Below are positions 43,887-59,060 of a stretch of 64,000 nt of DNA, piece after piece. The DNA is taken from the NCBI GenBank assembly GCA_039096225.1, contig JBBPEB010000007.1, forward strand, positions 744,001-808,000, given 5' to 3'. This DNA is from Blastocystis sp. Blastoise. Lineage: Eukaryota; Protista; Bigyra: Opalinata. Position 1 is the stretch's first letter. Every line of letters begins with the position of its first letter. The translations under genes were made by a program, and so were the position numbers. The notes under the pieces are model-generated. The model saw only the letters and a program-made list of their open reading frames with translations, was not told the origin of the DNA and did no database searches.

Positions 43887-46838
43887 ATGGCAACTGGAAA
43901 GAATCCAAATAAGAAAACACGAGGTAAGTTAAAGAAGCAGAAAGTTGTTGTTCGTTTACTTCCTGATGAGTTATCACAGGACGATTTCATTAAAATTCTC
44001 AAAGAACTTGGTTTAGAACAAAATAAGGATTACGAACTCCTTTATTATTGTTCAGGAACGCTTCTGTATATATACTAATTTATCTAGGATAATTATTTAT
44101 AGAGAATATATTTATTAATAGACTATTAGGATACATTATCTCTATTTTTATAAAACCATAGTCATTTAGCGACATCAAGAGGTTATTTATTATTCTCAGA
44201 TGAAGAGAGTATGAACGATGCCCTTCGTAAGATAAATAACTACGAATTCTCCCAACCAACAAGTATTCTTCTATATAGTTATTTTTAATTAAAACCATAG
44301 TTCAATTCTAAATATTATTTTTGTTTAGTATATAAACATTTCGCTCAACCCGCACCCTTTCAAAAATATATACCTCCAAAGAATGAGAATACTATTCCAA
44401 TCGAAGAAGATCCTGATTTTATAGAATTTTTAAATAAGAAAAAAGAAGTATATACTATATATAATTGACTTATTCTTTTATAATTAGTGTTTATTGTTTA
44501 TTATCTATATTATATATTTATGTTATGTTCTATATATTATAATTTTATTTTTATTTTATATTTTGTATTATAGAAGGTGGAAGAAGCGCCTTTGACTGTA
44601 ATAGAAGAACCATGCGATGTGACAAACCTTATTAAAAGCTATAGAGATTCTATTAAAGATGTATATATATAGTATTATTTAATTATTATTATATATATTG
44701 ATAATAAGAATCATTTTGTTAAATTTGCAAAAATAAATAATTTAGATTGTTTTAAATAATATATTTTATATTTGTCTATTGTATATAATAGTAAAAACAT
44801 TATATATATATACTATTTTATTATATAGTATTTAAAGAAAGGTTCAAAGAAGAAGCAGAAAGTACTAGTACGATTAGCAAAGCGTGCTGATAAAGTATCT
44901 CATATAACTGAAGAAGTACAAGAGAAAGAATTAGAGAAATTAAAGAAGAAACAAGAAGATAAAGAAAAGAGAATTGCTGCTAAAAATGAGAAGAAATTAA
45001 TAAAGAAACAACAACGAAAAGAAGCACAACAGGAGAAATCTAAAGAGAATAATAAAATTATTACGAAGAAGAATGATAAAGATAATACTATACATTCTAT
45101 TATAGATGTATCAAAAGATATTAGTAATGGTAATGATAATAGTAATGGTAATAATAATAGTAATGATGGTGATAAGATTAATGATAATAATAATAATAAT
45201 AATACTCCTAAGACTGTAATTAAACCTGTTCGTATTTTAACTAAAAATGGTATATACATACATTATTCTCACTATATACGTGTGAATCTATTTATAATTA
45301 TATTATTATTAATATTTTATAAATTTAAAAAAGTCTATATATATATAATATATTTATAGTATCTGCATCTGTTTCTCCTTCTGTTATTGCTTCTACAAAT
45401 AATATAAATATATCTAATGATATAAATATCAATAGAAATACTTCTAATGATATTAAGACACTCAATCAAGATACAATATCCAATAATAAAGATAATAATA
45501 AAGATAATAATAGTGACTCACAATCTACTGTTCCTTCTCAAAAGAATTTAAAACGTAAATATATATATAATATATATTTATTACTATGATCATAAATAAT
45601 ATATATATTTAAAATAATCATTTCTTATCTAGGTAATCAAAATCGAAAAGATTCGAAAAAGAATTCAGAGTTACGTGATAAGGATACTAGTTATTCTATA
45701 TCCGATTTAACAAAGAATAATTCAAAGAATAATAAAAATAATAAAGAAATAGTTAATTCTACGAATCAAAATTCATCACAGAAATTGAAAATATCTGAAA
45801 AATCTGAAAAATCTGTTGATAATACAAATAAACCTATAGATAATTATGAGAATAAATCAAAGAAATCACAGAGAAAACCAAAAGAAAAGAAAGATATGAA
45901 ATATAATAAGATAGAGGCTACTAAATCGAATCAGACCATTAAAAATGATTTAAATAAAGAAACAACAACAAATTCATCAATAACATTTAAATTATTAAAG
46001 AAAGGAACAGATTTTATTCCTTCTTCAATTTCTTCTTCTACTAAAGATATCACTAATGACAAAAATATAACTACAGAAATACCTTCCTCAAATACTATAT
46101 TATTATCCGAAACAACTAAAACTGCAAAACCTTTTATTCCTAAGAATAATGATATACATATATATGCTCCTCCTTTTACACCTAAGGATATACATAATAA
46201 TAATAATATTGATACTAATACTATTGATAATAATAATAATAATATTATTATTGATGATAATAATGATGTATCTATAGATTATTCTTATGAGAATTCTATT
46301 CAATCACCTTCTTATATTCCTCCTTTTATTCCTTCTTCTATTCCTTATACTCCACAACCTATACCCAATAATAATAACTATTCTCCTATGTATTACCCTT
46401 ATTCATCAGGACAATCAGATATGCTATCTAATGGATATTCTATACCTCTACCTACACAACCTATGAATGATTATTATAATAATCCATATAATCAAAATAT
46501 ACCTTATTATAATAATAATCCTTCTATATCAAATCCTTCATATTATATGAATCAAAGTATATATTATTTATTTTTTATTTATTATTCTATATATTTTTTT
46601 ATTAATTTATTATTCTATATTATTTATTAATTTATTATTATTCTATATTAATTTATTATTATTTTATATTAATTTATTATTATTTTCTTATTAATTTATT
46701 ATTATTTATTCTATATTAATTTATCATTATTTATTGTTATTCTTCTTTATTTTCATAATAATTTTACATTATTAATTCTATATTCTTGTATATATAGTGA
46801 ATTATCCAGATAATAGGATGAATTACCAAGGCAACTAA
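43887..46838 (+). CDS. UPF3-like nonsense-mediated decay factor (Smg4/UPF3 RRM-like N-terminus)
   Basis: KVVVRLLP..LS..DF, YYC.G, SRGYL.F, APFQK, TIPIEEDPDFIEF, followed by Lys-rich coiled and low-complexity regions. Confidence 0.75.
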
Positions 46839-47547
46839 TTCTCTATATATATATTTATATTTTAAGGGACAAATTATTTTTCCTTTATAATTATTTTTTT
46901 AAATTATTATAATATTCTATAAAACTCGTTTATTTTTAGAATTTTTTTAGATTTAACAAATAATCATGTTCATATTAAACCACGAAACTGTCTAATTTAT
47001 TTTTTTTTACATTTATAAAGATTTTTATATATCTTATTGATAAAAATAATCGTATATCTAAAAGTAGTTCTTTGTGAATCAATATTTAAAAAGAATATGT
47101 TACTTTAAAAATATGAGGAATACACTAAATTTATATTCTTTTCATAAAAAAGAACTGAATTAAAGATGAAACAGAAATAAACAATACAAAAGGAAAACAC
47201 TGTTGTCTAAATGAATATTGATTAAGTTCATAAACGATCAGAGATGAACCATTATGATATAGATAACGTTGTAAATTATGATGAAGCAAAATAATATATA
47301 TTTGATTTGAATATCATCAAGTAAAACACAATTGAAATAAGATTTTATTTTTTAGTAGGAATGACATTATTACGTGAGGAATCGTTTTTCAAGTCACTAA
47401 TTTGTAAATTTTATGGGAATTTAATAAATTTGATAAACTATAAAAAGAAATATTTTGTTTAAACGTTAAAGCTCTTCAATTGATTAACAACAAATTTTTC
47501 ATTAAACCATAGATTACTTATTCTTGATCATATCAAAATAATTATCA

Positions 47548-50450
47548 ATGGATCTTACATTTATTCGTGATCCAAAGAACTACAAAGAGCTTCTTGCTTA
47601 TATCCAGTCCAATATTGGCTTATTAAGGAAGGTAATGAGTCTTTCTATATTCTTCTTTTTCTTTATTCTTGGTTATTTATTATTATTTTTATATATAGGG
47701 AACGTTAACATTAGTATTGCCTTATGATGCTTTAGTTTACTTAACAGATTATTTGGATGAAGAGTGTAAAAATGATAATTCTGCAGATACAGTTATTGGT
47801 GTTTCCTCCTATGGTATTTCAGAATCTCTTTATCGAACACAACGTCGAAATGATGCATTAAAATTAGAATTATTATTAGATGAAGTGAAAAGTTTGTCGA
47901 TTATTAAAGGAAAAACTGATGTTATTAAAGAATCTTCTAATACTTCGTCCTTATTATCCTATTTTATGAGAATCTCTAGTTTAAAATTAGAAGGTGTTTC
48001 TTCTAAACGTCTTTTTCCTCTTCCAGAAATGCATGAAACATTAGAAATATTAAAAATAAATAATATTTCAATTCGTTCTTCTTTAGATATTTTAGCAAGT
48101 CCTAAAACACCAGGATTATTACCTTGGAAAGTATTAAGAGAATTATCAATAACAAATTGTCAATTAAGTATTATAGATAAAGGATTTTCATTATTACCTA
48201 AAATAGAAACTTTAAATTTATCAAATAATAATATATCTGATATTTCAATGCTTTCTTCTTGTACTACTTTAATTACTTTAGATTTATCCGATAATTTATT
48301 AGTTAATATTAACTTACCTCATTCATTAAATAATATAGAAATATTATTATTAAGACATAATGGTATTCAACGAATTATTTCTTTAAAATCATTTCATATG
48401 TTAAAAATATTAGATTTATCATTCAATATGATTAATTCATGGTCTGACTTTATATATATATCTAATTTCCCTTATTTAGAATTATTAAATTTACGTGGAA
48501 ATCCAATAGGTAAAATAGAATATAATTGGTTATTAACATATATATTTAAATATCATATTCAACAATTAGGATATATGAAGATAGATATAGTAACATTAAC
48601 AAATAAAGATATAAGATTAGTAGAGAATTCATTAAAGAAAAATAATACATTATATGAACATATTAATTCTATTATAGAACATCCAGAAACTAGTATATTT
48701 TTTATGATTATTATATGTTTTATTATATATATTTGTTTTGGTTTACTATATGTTAAATATTCTTTATATATATTTATAACGTTTATTTTTAGCATAATAT
48801 TTTATTTAAGATATGTTTTTTTAAATAATATTCATTTATTTAATAGTATTATTATGCTATAGATATTACGTAATGTTATTTCTAATATATTCATATATTT
48901 AATATTATTATTATTATTATATATATAGATGATTTATCTCTGGAAGATTTGAGTGTAATTCCTATTATTACTCCTGCTACTACTTCGATTCCTAATAATA
49001 TTACAAATACGACTAGTAATCAATCGAATCTCTATATATCTTCAGGATTATCTTCTTCTGTTTCTTCTTCTTATTCTAATGTAAACACAATGTCCAAAAC
49101 AATGGCAGATAACAATTCTATACATTCAACTATAGATAAGAATACTAATCAATCGAATTATACAAATAATTTCTATAAAACAACAAAACCAATCAGTGAT
49201 GATAATGAAGAATATTTTATTCCTGGTTCTATTTCTATTCGAACAAAGAATAATAGAAATTCAATGAAGTCATCATTATCTTATTCATCAAAGAATGATG
49301 AAAGAAATAAAAATATTCAAAATACTATTATATCTTCACAGATACCGGCAAATTCTGAGAAAGATATTGAAGGAATTCAAAATGATAATGAAGTAAATAA
49401 TGATAAGAAAGAATCTATAAATAATCCAATGGCCACTAATGAAATAAATGATCAACAAATAAATAAAAACTCAAAAACACTATATGCTTCTGGTATATTT
49501 AGTTAATAATTATTATCTAAAGTTTTATTTTACTTATATATATATATATAGTTGGTATTCATTCTTATACTCCAGATCCTCTATATCAATCTACATCCTC
49601 TAATTATTCTTCGACTACTTCTGCTTCTTCTTCTATACCTGTAGATATACATAATAAAGATAATAATATTGTTCTATCTTTACCTCCATTATTATCTCCT
49701 CAAATGCCTTCATATTCAAATGAATCGTCATATAGGAATACTATTAATAATCAAGACATAAAGGATATATCTATTCCTATTAATAATGAAATAATTAATA
49801 CTCCTAATAATAATGTTAATACTCTTAATAATATTAATACTTCTAATAATAATATTAATACTTTTAATAATAATGTTAATACTCCTAATAATAATGTAAA
49901 TGCTAATAATAATAATGTTAATACTCTTAATAATATTAGTACTCCTATAACGGCAACTACAACTTCATCAACAACAGCAACACCCTTATATACTCCTCTT
50001 TCTGTTGATATACAAAATAATAATATAAATATATCTTCTTTATCTACAAATAATAAAGATATTAATAATATAAATAACAATGAAAATGATACTATTGTAG
50101 ATACTGTATCACAAGAAAATAATATGAATATAAATAATAACTCAAATATAGATATGAATGAATTGCAAAAACAATTAAATTCATCTATAAATACATTTTC
50201 TGTAAATCGAATACTTCCTTTAGAACAATCTTATGTTGAAGAAGAAGTCCAAAATAAGAATTTACTCAATAATTCACTTTTACAATCATCATTTTCAATA
50301 AATGATAATAATAATAATAGAAATACTAATAATACTCATGATATTCTATATAGTGATGAAAATATTCCTTTATCACCAATAGAAAGACCCTCCTTAGATT
50401 CAAATATTATTCCTACTGTTAAAATATCATCATTACATACAAATGAATTT

Positions 50451-50514
<64 letters not shown>

Positions 50515-52875
50515 TGTTAACATTTGACGATACACTTTCTGAAGAAGAGAATGAAATGTTAACATCGTGTTCTATAGAACATTCGACAAATATAAGTTCA
50601 TTAGATACATCTATTCATATTCCAAAACAATGTATATATATATTATATAATATTTTATTTTATCCTTTATAAATTATATATATATTCTATTTTATATTCT
50701 ACCTTAAAATTCATAATAAATGTCTATAAATGTTCTTATTTCTATATATATAAATGAATCTTTTTTTATTCATGATATCAACATATATATATAATATTAT
50801 GTATTTTCTATAGTACAAGTTGCTTCTGATGATGATCTCACTATTACTGAAGATGATTATAAAGTATTGTTCTTTATCGAATTCTTCGTACAAAAACGAG
50901 AAGGTTCCAAATCATTCCCACGATTATTTGTTATATATGCAAATGAATTTCGTGAATATGATGGTATTACTGGCTATTTAATTACTACATATAATCTTGA
51001 TTATTTGAAGAGTGTTCACGTTATAACAGAATTAACTTCTTTATTAGAAATCACTATTGATCAATCTATTCTTGTTCTAGAAGTATATTTATATATATTA
51101 TTATTATTATATTTATTATATTTATTATTATTATTATTATATTTATTATATTTATTATTATTATTATTATTATTATTAATATTTATTATTATTAATCAAA
51201 TTATAATAATTATTAAAATATTTTTTTATCACTTTATTCAACATTATTATAATATATATCTATATAATATATATTTATAATAAAATAACGACAGTAACAA
51301 GTAAAAATAATATTATCAATTATGATACTAAATCATTATCTATCTATATATATATAGATGAATTACAATCAGATGTCAGATTTTTTATTATTACTTCGTG
51401 CTCGTTTAGAGATAAATAATCAATCGAATATTAATTTAACATGTATAGCATGCTTACAAACATCTATATATAATAATAGAACAGGATATATATGTAGATG
51501 TGGATGTCCTACATTACAAATACCGCCAAAGAAAAAGGAGGCATCATCGGATTTATTAAGATTAGGAGATATTGTAGATGGAGCTCTATATAGACCTAAA
51601 ATTAAAGCAGATTATTTTCATTTACCTTTATCTTCAAATGATATTTTAGAAGAAGATAAAAAATTACCTTTAGAAATAAATATAAATCAATATATAGAAC
51701 GTTTTGTTCTTCCTGATTTAAAATATTTACCTATATCAAAGACAGTATCATTATCTTATTTATCTTCATTTATATGTATATCTCCTTCTGTTACTACTCG
51801 TGAATATTGTATTTATTTAGTTATTAGTGATACATCTATATTAATGTTTCATCGACATGAAAATAATAAGAATTTAACATTTAATGATTGTCCTTATTTA
51901 CCTTTATTAGGTTGTATTGATTTTCTAAATATACGTAAAATCACTGTTGGCTTTTATTATCAATATTTTATTATTGAAGATAAAACTGGTAATTTATTTT
52001 ATTGTATTTTACGTGATTATAAAAATACTTATGATTTTATTCATATATTATTAAATTTAATGTCTTCAAAAAGTAAAGAAGAAAGAACAAAAGAATGGTG
52101 GATCATTGATAATGATGATGAATATTGCTTAGAAAGAATTCATGTATGTTGATTTATTATATTATTATTTATTTTTTTTTAAATTTTTTAATTTTTTAAA
52201 AAAAATTATTTAAAATTTATTTAAAATGTATTTCATATTTACTGCTTATAAGATATTGTATTATATATATTTTAAACTTTTTAAATATTTTTTGAGTATA
52301 CATTCTTTTAATAAAATAAATATTATTCATATATATTATATAATAAATCTTTTAGATTTTATTATATATTAACTATTTTATATATTATATCTATATAGTC
52401 TAATATTAAGTCTATTGAACTTGATTCTGGTATATATTATTATATGTGCTTTATTAATAAACCTATATATACAACGGATCCTTCAAATCCTTCAATTTCA
52501 ATAATTTCAAAAGTATTCTATATACCTGTTTCAGTTATTATTACAGAACATATGATATATATATGTAAAGAAGAGTTTACACAAAAAGAAAAACGATTCA
52601 CTTTATTACTTTCTATTAATGATAAGTATATATTTATATAATTATTTAAAGTAGTTATTAAAATATAGTTAATAAAAAATAAATTATTATACTTAATATA
52701 TTTAATATATAGATCAATTAAAAATGTTACTTTGTTAACTATATATACTGCAGTTCAACTAACATTTGATACAAATCAACTTTATTATAATGAAAATCCT
52801 GTTAATTTTAAATGTATGACTTCTGAACAATCTAAAAAAATATATAATTCATTACAAAAATATGTTTCAGAATAA
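47548..52875 (+). CDS. STK11IP/nischarin-like leucine-rich-repeat protein with C-terminal PH-like domains
   Basis: SDS22-type LRRs (LNLSNNNI, LDLSDNLL, LDLSFNMI, LNLRGNPI) preceded by PWKVL, an Asn-rich linker, CxxC...CxCGCP, and ITVGFYYQYF.IE. Confidence 0.7.
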
Positions 52876-53591
52876 ATTATTATTTTATTGCAGTTTATTT
52901 ATTTTTTGTATACTTTCGTTATATATCAATTTATTTTATACATTCTGTAGTTTTATTTTATTTTTATTTTTTTTTACTTTTTTTCATATAAATATAAATT
53001 TATATTTATTTCCTTTAACAAATAGTTGATTTGAATGATGATTTTTTCATTTCCTTTTTATGTTTCATTAATTTCTTTGATATATATATATATATATTTT
53101 TTTTTATCGTTTTGTTTTGTTAGGAGACCTTATTCTACTATTTTCTCATCGTTTTAAATAGTATTAAGATATAGATTTTAATCATGATATATATATCGAT
53201 AAATAATAAATAAAATCACATAAATAGTTGATACATTTGTTTGTTAAGTAATAGTATCCATTTAGTCTTCTTTGGATGAGGTAATACTTTATTTACTCAT
53301 TCTCTTAATACCATAATTACACTTAGATACACATATAATACAAAGTTAAAAAATAATGAGCATACTAAAGTCATTATTTTAATATATTTAATACATGTTT
53401 ATAATGAGAAATATACTGAAGTAATCTAAATAATAAAATAACAATTAAAATCAGTAAATATTGAAGAAAAAAAAATTATTTCGATTACTGAATAATATTT
53501 AGAAACAATTCAGTTATTCCTAGACGTTTTTCGATATTTTTTCTTTAAAATTATTATTTTGTTAATTCATCCTTTACTTTTTATTGAAACA

Positions 53592-54970
53592 ATGAAAGGT
53601 AAATATATAGTCGCATTAGGAATTGAGGGAAGTGCAAATAAAGTATTTTAAAGAATAAATCATGTGTTTTCAAAGAAAATTATTTTTTATATTGTTTAGT
53701 TAGGTGTTGGTATCATTCGATCGAATGGTCCAGATTGTCAAATACTTTCAAATGTTAGAAAAACGTATATATCTCCTCCAGGTCAAGGTTTTTTGCCAAA
53801 AGAAACTGCTTGGCATCATCAACTTCACGTAGCACCTCTTGTTCGATATGCATTAAATGAAGCTAAGATGACTAAAGATGATATTGATATTATTTGTTTC
53901 ACAAAAGGTACTTTTTCTATTTGAATTCATTTTTTTTTAATTTTTTTTGTTCATGTTTATTAATGAATATGATTTTTATAGGTCCTGGAATGGGTGGTCC
54001 ATTAACTTCATGTGCTGTTGCAGCAAGAACCTTATCATTATTATGGAATAAGCCAATTGTTGGTGTTAATCATTGTGTTGGACATATAGAAATGGGAAGA
54101 GCAGTGACAAAAGCTGATGATCCTGTTGTACTTTATGTAAGTGGTGGTAATACTCAAGTGATCTCTTATTCACTAAAGAAATATCGTATATTTGGTGAAA
54201 CTATAGATATTGCTGTTGGAAATATGTTAGATCGATTTGCACGTGTTTTAGAACTCTCTAACGATCCATCTCCTGGTTATAACATCGAACAATTGGCTAA
54301 GAAAGGAACACAATTAATTGATCTTCCGTATGTATATAGATTATTATTTATGTTTATATATATATTATTTATTATTATTATGTTTATGTTAATATTTATT
54401 TATGTGTTTAAATAATAATCATAAATAATCATAATAATTATATATATATATATTTATAGTTATATAGTAAAAGGAATGGATGTTAGTTTTTCAGGGTTAT
54501 TAACGTATATAGAGAATCGTGCTAAAGAATTATTAGAAACAAAAGAATGTACTAAAGAAGACTTATGCTTTTCTCTTCAAGAAATTGCTTTCTCTATGTT
54601 AGTATATATTATATATATTTTATTATTATTATTTATTGAATATATATATTTTTTGTATCAATATTGAGGATACAATTTATATATTATATATTTTATAAAT
54701 AATATTATGATTATAATTATAATATGAAAATAGATGATTTTAAAGTTATATATATATATATATATCTTAATAGGTTGAGATTACAGAGCGTGCTATGGCC
54801 CATTGTGGAAAGAAAAGTGTTTTAGTCGTCGGAGGAGTAGGATGTAATAAACGATTACAGGTATATATTTATTTATTTATTTATTTTATATATATATATT
54901 CATTATATATATATAGGAAATGTTAGGAGAAATGGCAAAAGAACGTGGTGCAGAAATATGTGCTATGGAC

Positions 54971-55015
<45 letters not shown>

Positions 55016-55243
55016 CATTATATATATTACATTATATATATATTACACATTATATATATAGATATTGTATTGATAATGGTGCTATGATAGCTCAAGCAGG
55101 TGTATATACATATATGTATAATGGATCCATTGAACTTAAAGATACTGTTTGTTCTCAAAGGTATATATATATATATATTATATTATATAATACATATATA
55201 TAGATATAGAACTGATGAACCTACAATAAACTGGAGAGATTAA
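53592..55243 (+). CDS. OSGEP: tRNA N6-adenosine threonylcarbamoyltransferase Kae1 (KEOPS)
   Basis: [87 protein letters not shown]. Confidence 0.97.
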
Positions 55244-55878
55244 ATAATTAAATAAAATAAATATATATCTAAATGCATTCTGTATGTTAATAAAAATTCA
55301 TAAAGTGTTTCTTTTAAATATTATTTCATTTTTTTCTTATTTAATCAATATTTTAACGATACTAATTTAAATTTCTATAATGCATAAAGTCATCAGAAGA
55401 TCATACATGCTTTAAAATAACTCTAATTTTCATTATCCAAAATCTAAAAAAGAAACACTAAATCTCTTTTAATATGAAATATCCACATTCATTAAATAGT
55501 TGAAAATTAATTGCTCATCATATACGAGATACTTATGCTCTAAAAAAAATGTTACAACACACATATTTTCACAAAAAAAACGATTTCGATCATTTATGAA
55601 ATAGAAACGCTTCGTTTATCTGAAAATATAAATAATTATACAATGAACATATCAAATAATCAAATTAGAAAAGGAATAAGGGAAAAGAATGAAAAAATAT
55701 TTTTCTTAAAGGAAATTTGTGGATGAAAAGAGAAAGTTGGAGAATTTCCATGAATATAAAAAAATTGATAGAAAATGTTTCTCTTATTTTCTATTTATAA
55801 TATATCCTCTTATTCATATTTATATTCTTTAATACTTCGTCCTTATACTATAACAATATAAACATTGCTTGAGACTAC

Positions 55879-57410
55879 ATGAATTCATACAAAGGTACTT
55901 ATTTTTTTATTATTGTACTCATATGTTTTCTTCGTTTAGTAAATAAATCGATAATTTATTTTTATTTTTACATATAGAAGAGTTGCTGACATCAATAAAA
56001 GCATTATTAGATAAACATCCCAATGATTCTTTTGCAATTCTTCCTTTATGTGATGATAATGAAAATGATATTATTCATTTAGATCGTAGTTTTGATGATA
56101 ATGCCTATGAGATTAATGGAAAAAGTCCAATGTACACTACGTTCTCTGATATTCTAGTTGGTCAACATTATTTAGATAATCATGAGTTATTTCTATATCC
56201 AATGCAAAGTTATATCGGTAATATAAGTGATGGTACATTAACAGGTAAGGCAAGTATTCAATGGAACGATGGTACTCGATATTTAGGTGATGTTAATAAT
56301 AATTTTATGGAAGGATTAGGTTCTATGCATTTTCCTGATGGTCGTTGTATATCTGGAAAATGGAAAAATAATTTATGTTATGATATTGAAGATGATATAT
56401 ATTTAGGTTCTTCATTTGATTCTCCATGTGAACTTGTCGATTATTCCGCGGTTATTGATGAAGATGAAAACGAAAATAAGAATATAGTTCAATCGAATGA
56501 AATAAAGAGAACAATAGAAAATAAATTAGATATAAATACAAAAGAGAATAAAACAAATAATGAAGAATATATTGGTGATATAGTTAATGGAAAACGTGAA
56601 GGTAAAGGATTATTAATATATAATGATAAAAGTCGTTATGAAGGTGATTTTGTTGATAATAAACGTCATGGATTTGGTGTATATATATCTTCTTCAGGTG
56701 ATAAATATAATGGTAAATGGAATAATGATTTAATAAGTGGTCGTGGTATATATGAATATAATAATGGTGAACGATATGAAGGTGATTTAATAAATGGTTT
56801 ACCTGATGGTAAAGGATTCTATTATTATATAAATGGTGATCGATATGCAGGTACTTGGGTTAGTGGCATTCGTTGTGGTAATGGTATATTATATAAAGAA
56901 AATGATATTAAATATGATGGTAATTGGAATAATAATTATTTAGAAGGAGAAGGAACTATATATAAGAATGATAAAATATTATATAAAGGTTTATTTAAAT
57001 ATGGTTTACAAAATGGTCCAGGAATGTTAAATTTAGATAATGGTGATTGTTATGTAGGTATATTTAAAGATGGTAAAATAACAGGAGAAGGAGTATATAA
57101 ATTTCGAAATGGTGATCGTTATGAAGGTTATTTAGAAAATGGAATACGTGAAGGAAAAGGTATATATTTATATTATAATGGTGATTCATATAATGGTAGT
57201 TGGGTACATAATTGTAAAGAAGGAGAAGGTAAAATGTATTATTATAATAAAGATACTTATGATGGTGAATGGAAACAAGATAAAAGACATGGTTATGGTA
57301 TATATACTACAAAAAAAGGTATTAAATATATGGGATATTGGAAAGAGGATCTTCAACATGGACAAGGTACTTTAATATATCCAAATACTACAAAAAGAAA
57401 ATATAAATAA
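55879..57410 (+). CDS. MORN-repeat protein
   Basis: More than ten Y.G.W/F..G...G.G...Y repeats. A 16-nt first exon is joined to the 55983-57410 ORF. Confidence 0.9.
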
Positions 57411-57877
57411 TTTATTTATCTAAAATAGTCGTATTTTTTTTATTTATTTTTTTTATACAATAATTAATGATTTAAATTTTTTTTTCAATATATATATTTT
57501 TGTTCTATATATGTATTTAATTAATAATTTTTCATCTTCAATATATATTTTAAAATGAATTTATATATTTATATTATTGAATATATATATTTTTTATTTC
57601 TTATTGAATCTATATTTTAGTTTTCTTTTTTTCTGATTTTTTTATCTTTTTTTTAATAATTTAGTTTTTTATGCATGATTATTATCCTTTTGAAAGATAT
57701 ATATATATATATATGTACTTTTCCTTTTTTCCTTTTTATGATATTATTATCTATTTTATAAGTCTTTTGGTTTGTTGTTGTTTTGTTTATTGAAATAAAT
57801 ATAGTATTCGCTACTTATAAACAAAAAGAAATATATATATAAAGCAAATTTACACTATGGACATTTTTTCAGGTTTC

Positions 57878-58090
57878 TGTCAAAAGGTCCAACGACTTTT
57901 TTGTTTTGGTTTCCCCAGTGGTGAGCAGTGAAAATTTTTAAATATGTAGCTGACAAAAGGTTATTTGATTTTTCTGTTTGGTTTCCCCAGTGGTGGAGCA
58001 GTGAAAAAATTTTAAAGGGTAGCTGACAAAAGGTCCAACGACTTTTTTGCTTTGGTTTCCCCAGTGGTGAGCAGTGAAATTTTTTGTCAG
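57878..58090. repeat. Three tandem copies of a 73-bp GC-rich unit
   Basis: Units start at 57878, 57951 and 58024. They share TG(T/A)CAAAAGG and the core TTTGGTTTCCCCAGTGGTG(G)AGCAGTGAAA. Confidence 0.95.
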
Positions 58091-58379
58091 AGTTTCAGTG
58101 ATTTTATAAAATCGAAAAGCAGTGCAAAAGTATGACGCACCTTAAAACAATAATTGGCGAATAAAAATGGTTTTAAATATTCTCTATTTTTTCATTTATT
58201 GGCTTTTTTTATTCTTTTTGTGGTGTAATAATAAACGATATAACAAAACAAACAAATTAAATATTATCAAATAATCATAAAAACAAATAATAGAAAACAA
58301 TAATAATAAATATATAAAAAAAAGATAATAAAACATATAATAAATAATATAATAAAATATATATAATATTTAATTTATA

Positions 58380-59060
58380 ATATTTCAACCAGGACAGTTT
58401 CAGTCTTTAATTTGCATTTAAGCCTAACCAACCTATATAAAGAGATGATATTAGTTAAGTATTACTAATAATAATATATATATAACATTTTAAAATAATA
58501 ATAAAATAAAAAATATATACCTTTTCTAATCATTACAAGACAGGCAAGGAATCAAAGACAAAGAACCATCCTATAAAAGATATATGATAAATAGTATAAT
58601 GAATAAAACAATATAATTAAATATATATATATACTTTTTATAAACCATTCTCTCCAATTAACAACAACGACAGCAACGGAACCCCTGGAAACCTATATAA
58701 AGATAGAGTAAGTTATATAATATAATAATATATAATAAAGTAAATTAATATAGAATAATAAAATATAAATATATACATTAATGCTATATAAATATAAAGT
58801 GGGGTTAGTTATATAATATGTAATAGATAATATAGATGATATATACCTTCTTTTAACATTGATTCCTTCCATTCTAGACCTAAAGAACCCATCTATAAGA
58901 GAGCCACGACCACACACAAGAAGGACCAGAACGTTTAAGGAGACCAGCAAGTGTCAAAACACCAAGCAGAGACAGCTACAATAGAAAAATGAATGAATAG
59001 AGTAGAAAAAATAAAATATAAAGAAACAGCAAACACCTACCATCATAATAGTATCATATA
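58380..59060 (-). ncRNA. Putative five-exon spliced non-coding (or micropeptide) transcript
   Basis: GC-rich blocks 58975-58847, 58692-58635, 58570-58521 and 58432-~58380 are each bounded by TAG| acceptors and, except the last, |GTAT donors on the minus strand. There is an upstream donor at 59040. The spliced product has no ATG-initiated ORF longer than about 35 aa. Confidence 0.6.

Noticed and set aside
57878-58090. CRISPR-like repeat/spacer array
   Set aside because: The context is eukaryotic, there are only three units, the 'spacers' of copies 1 and 3 are nearly identical, and there are no cas genes.
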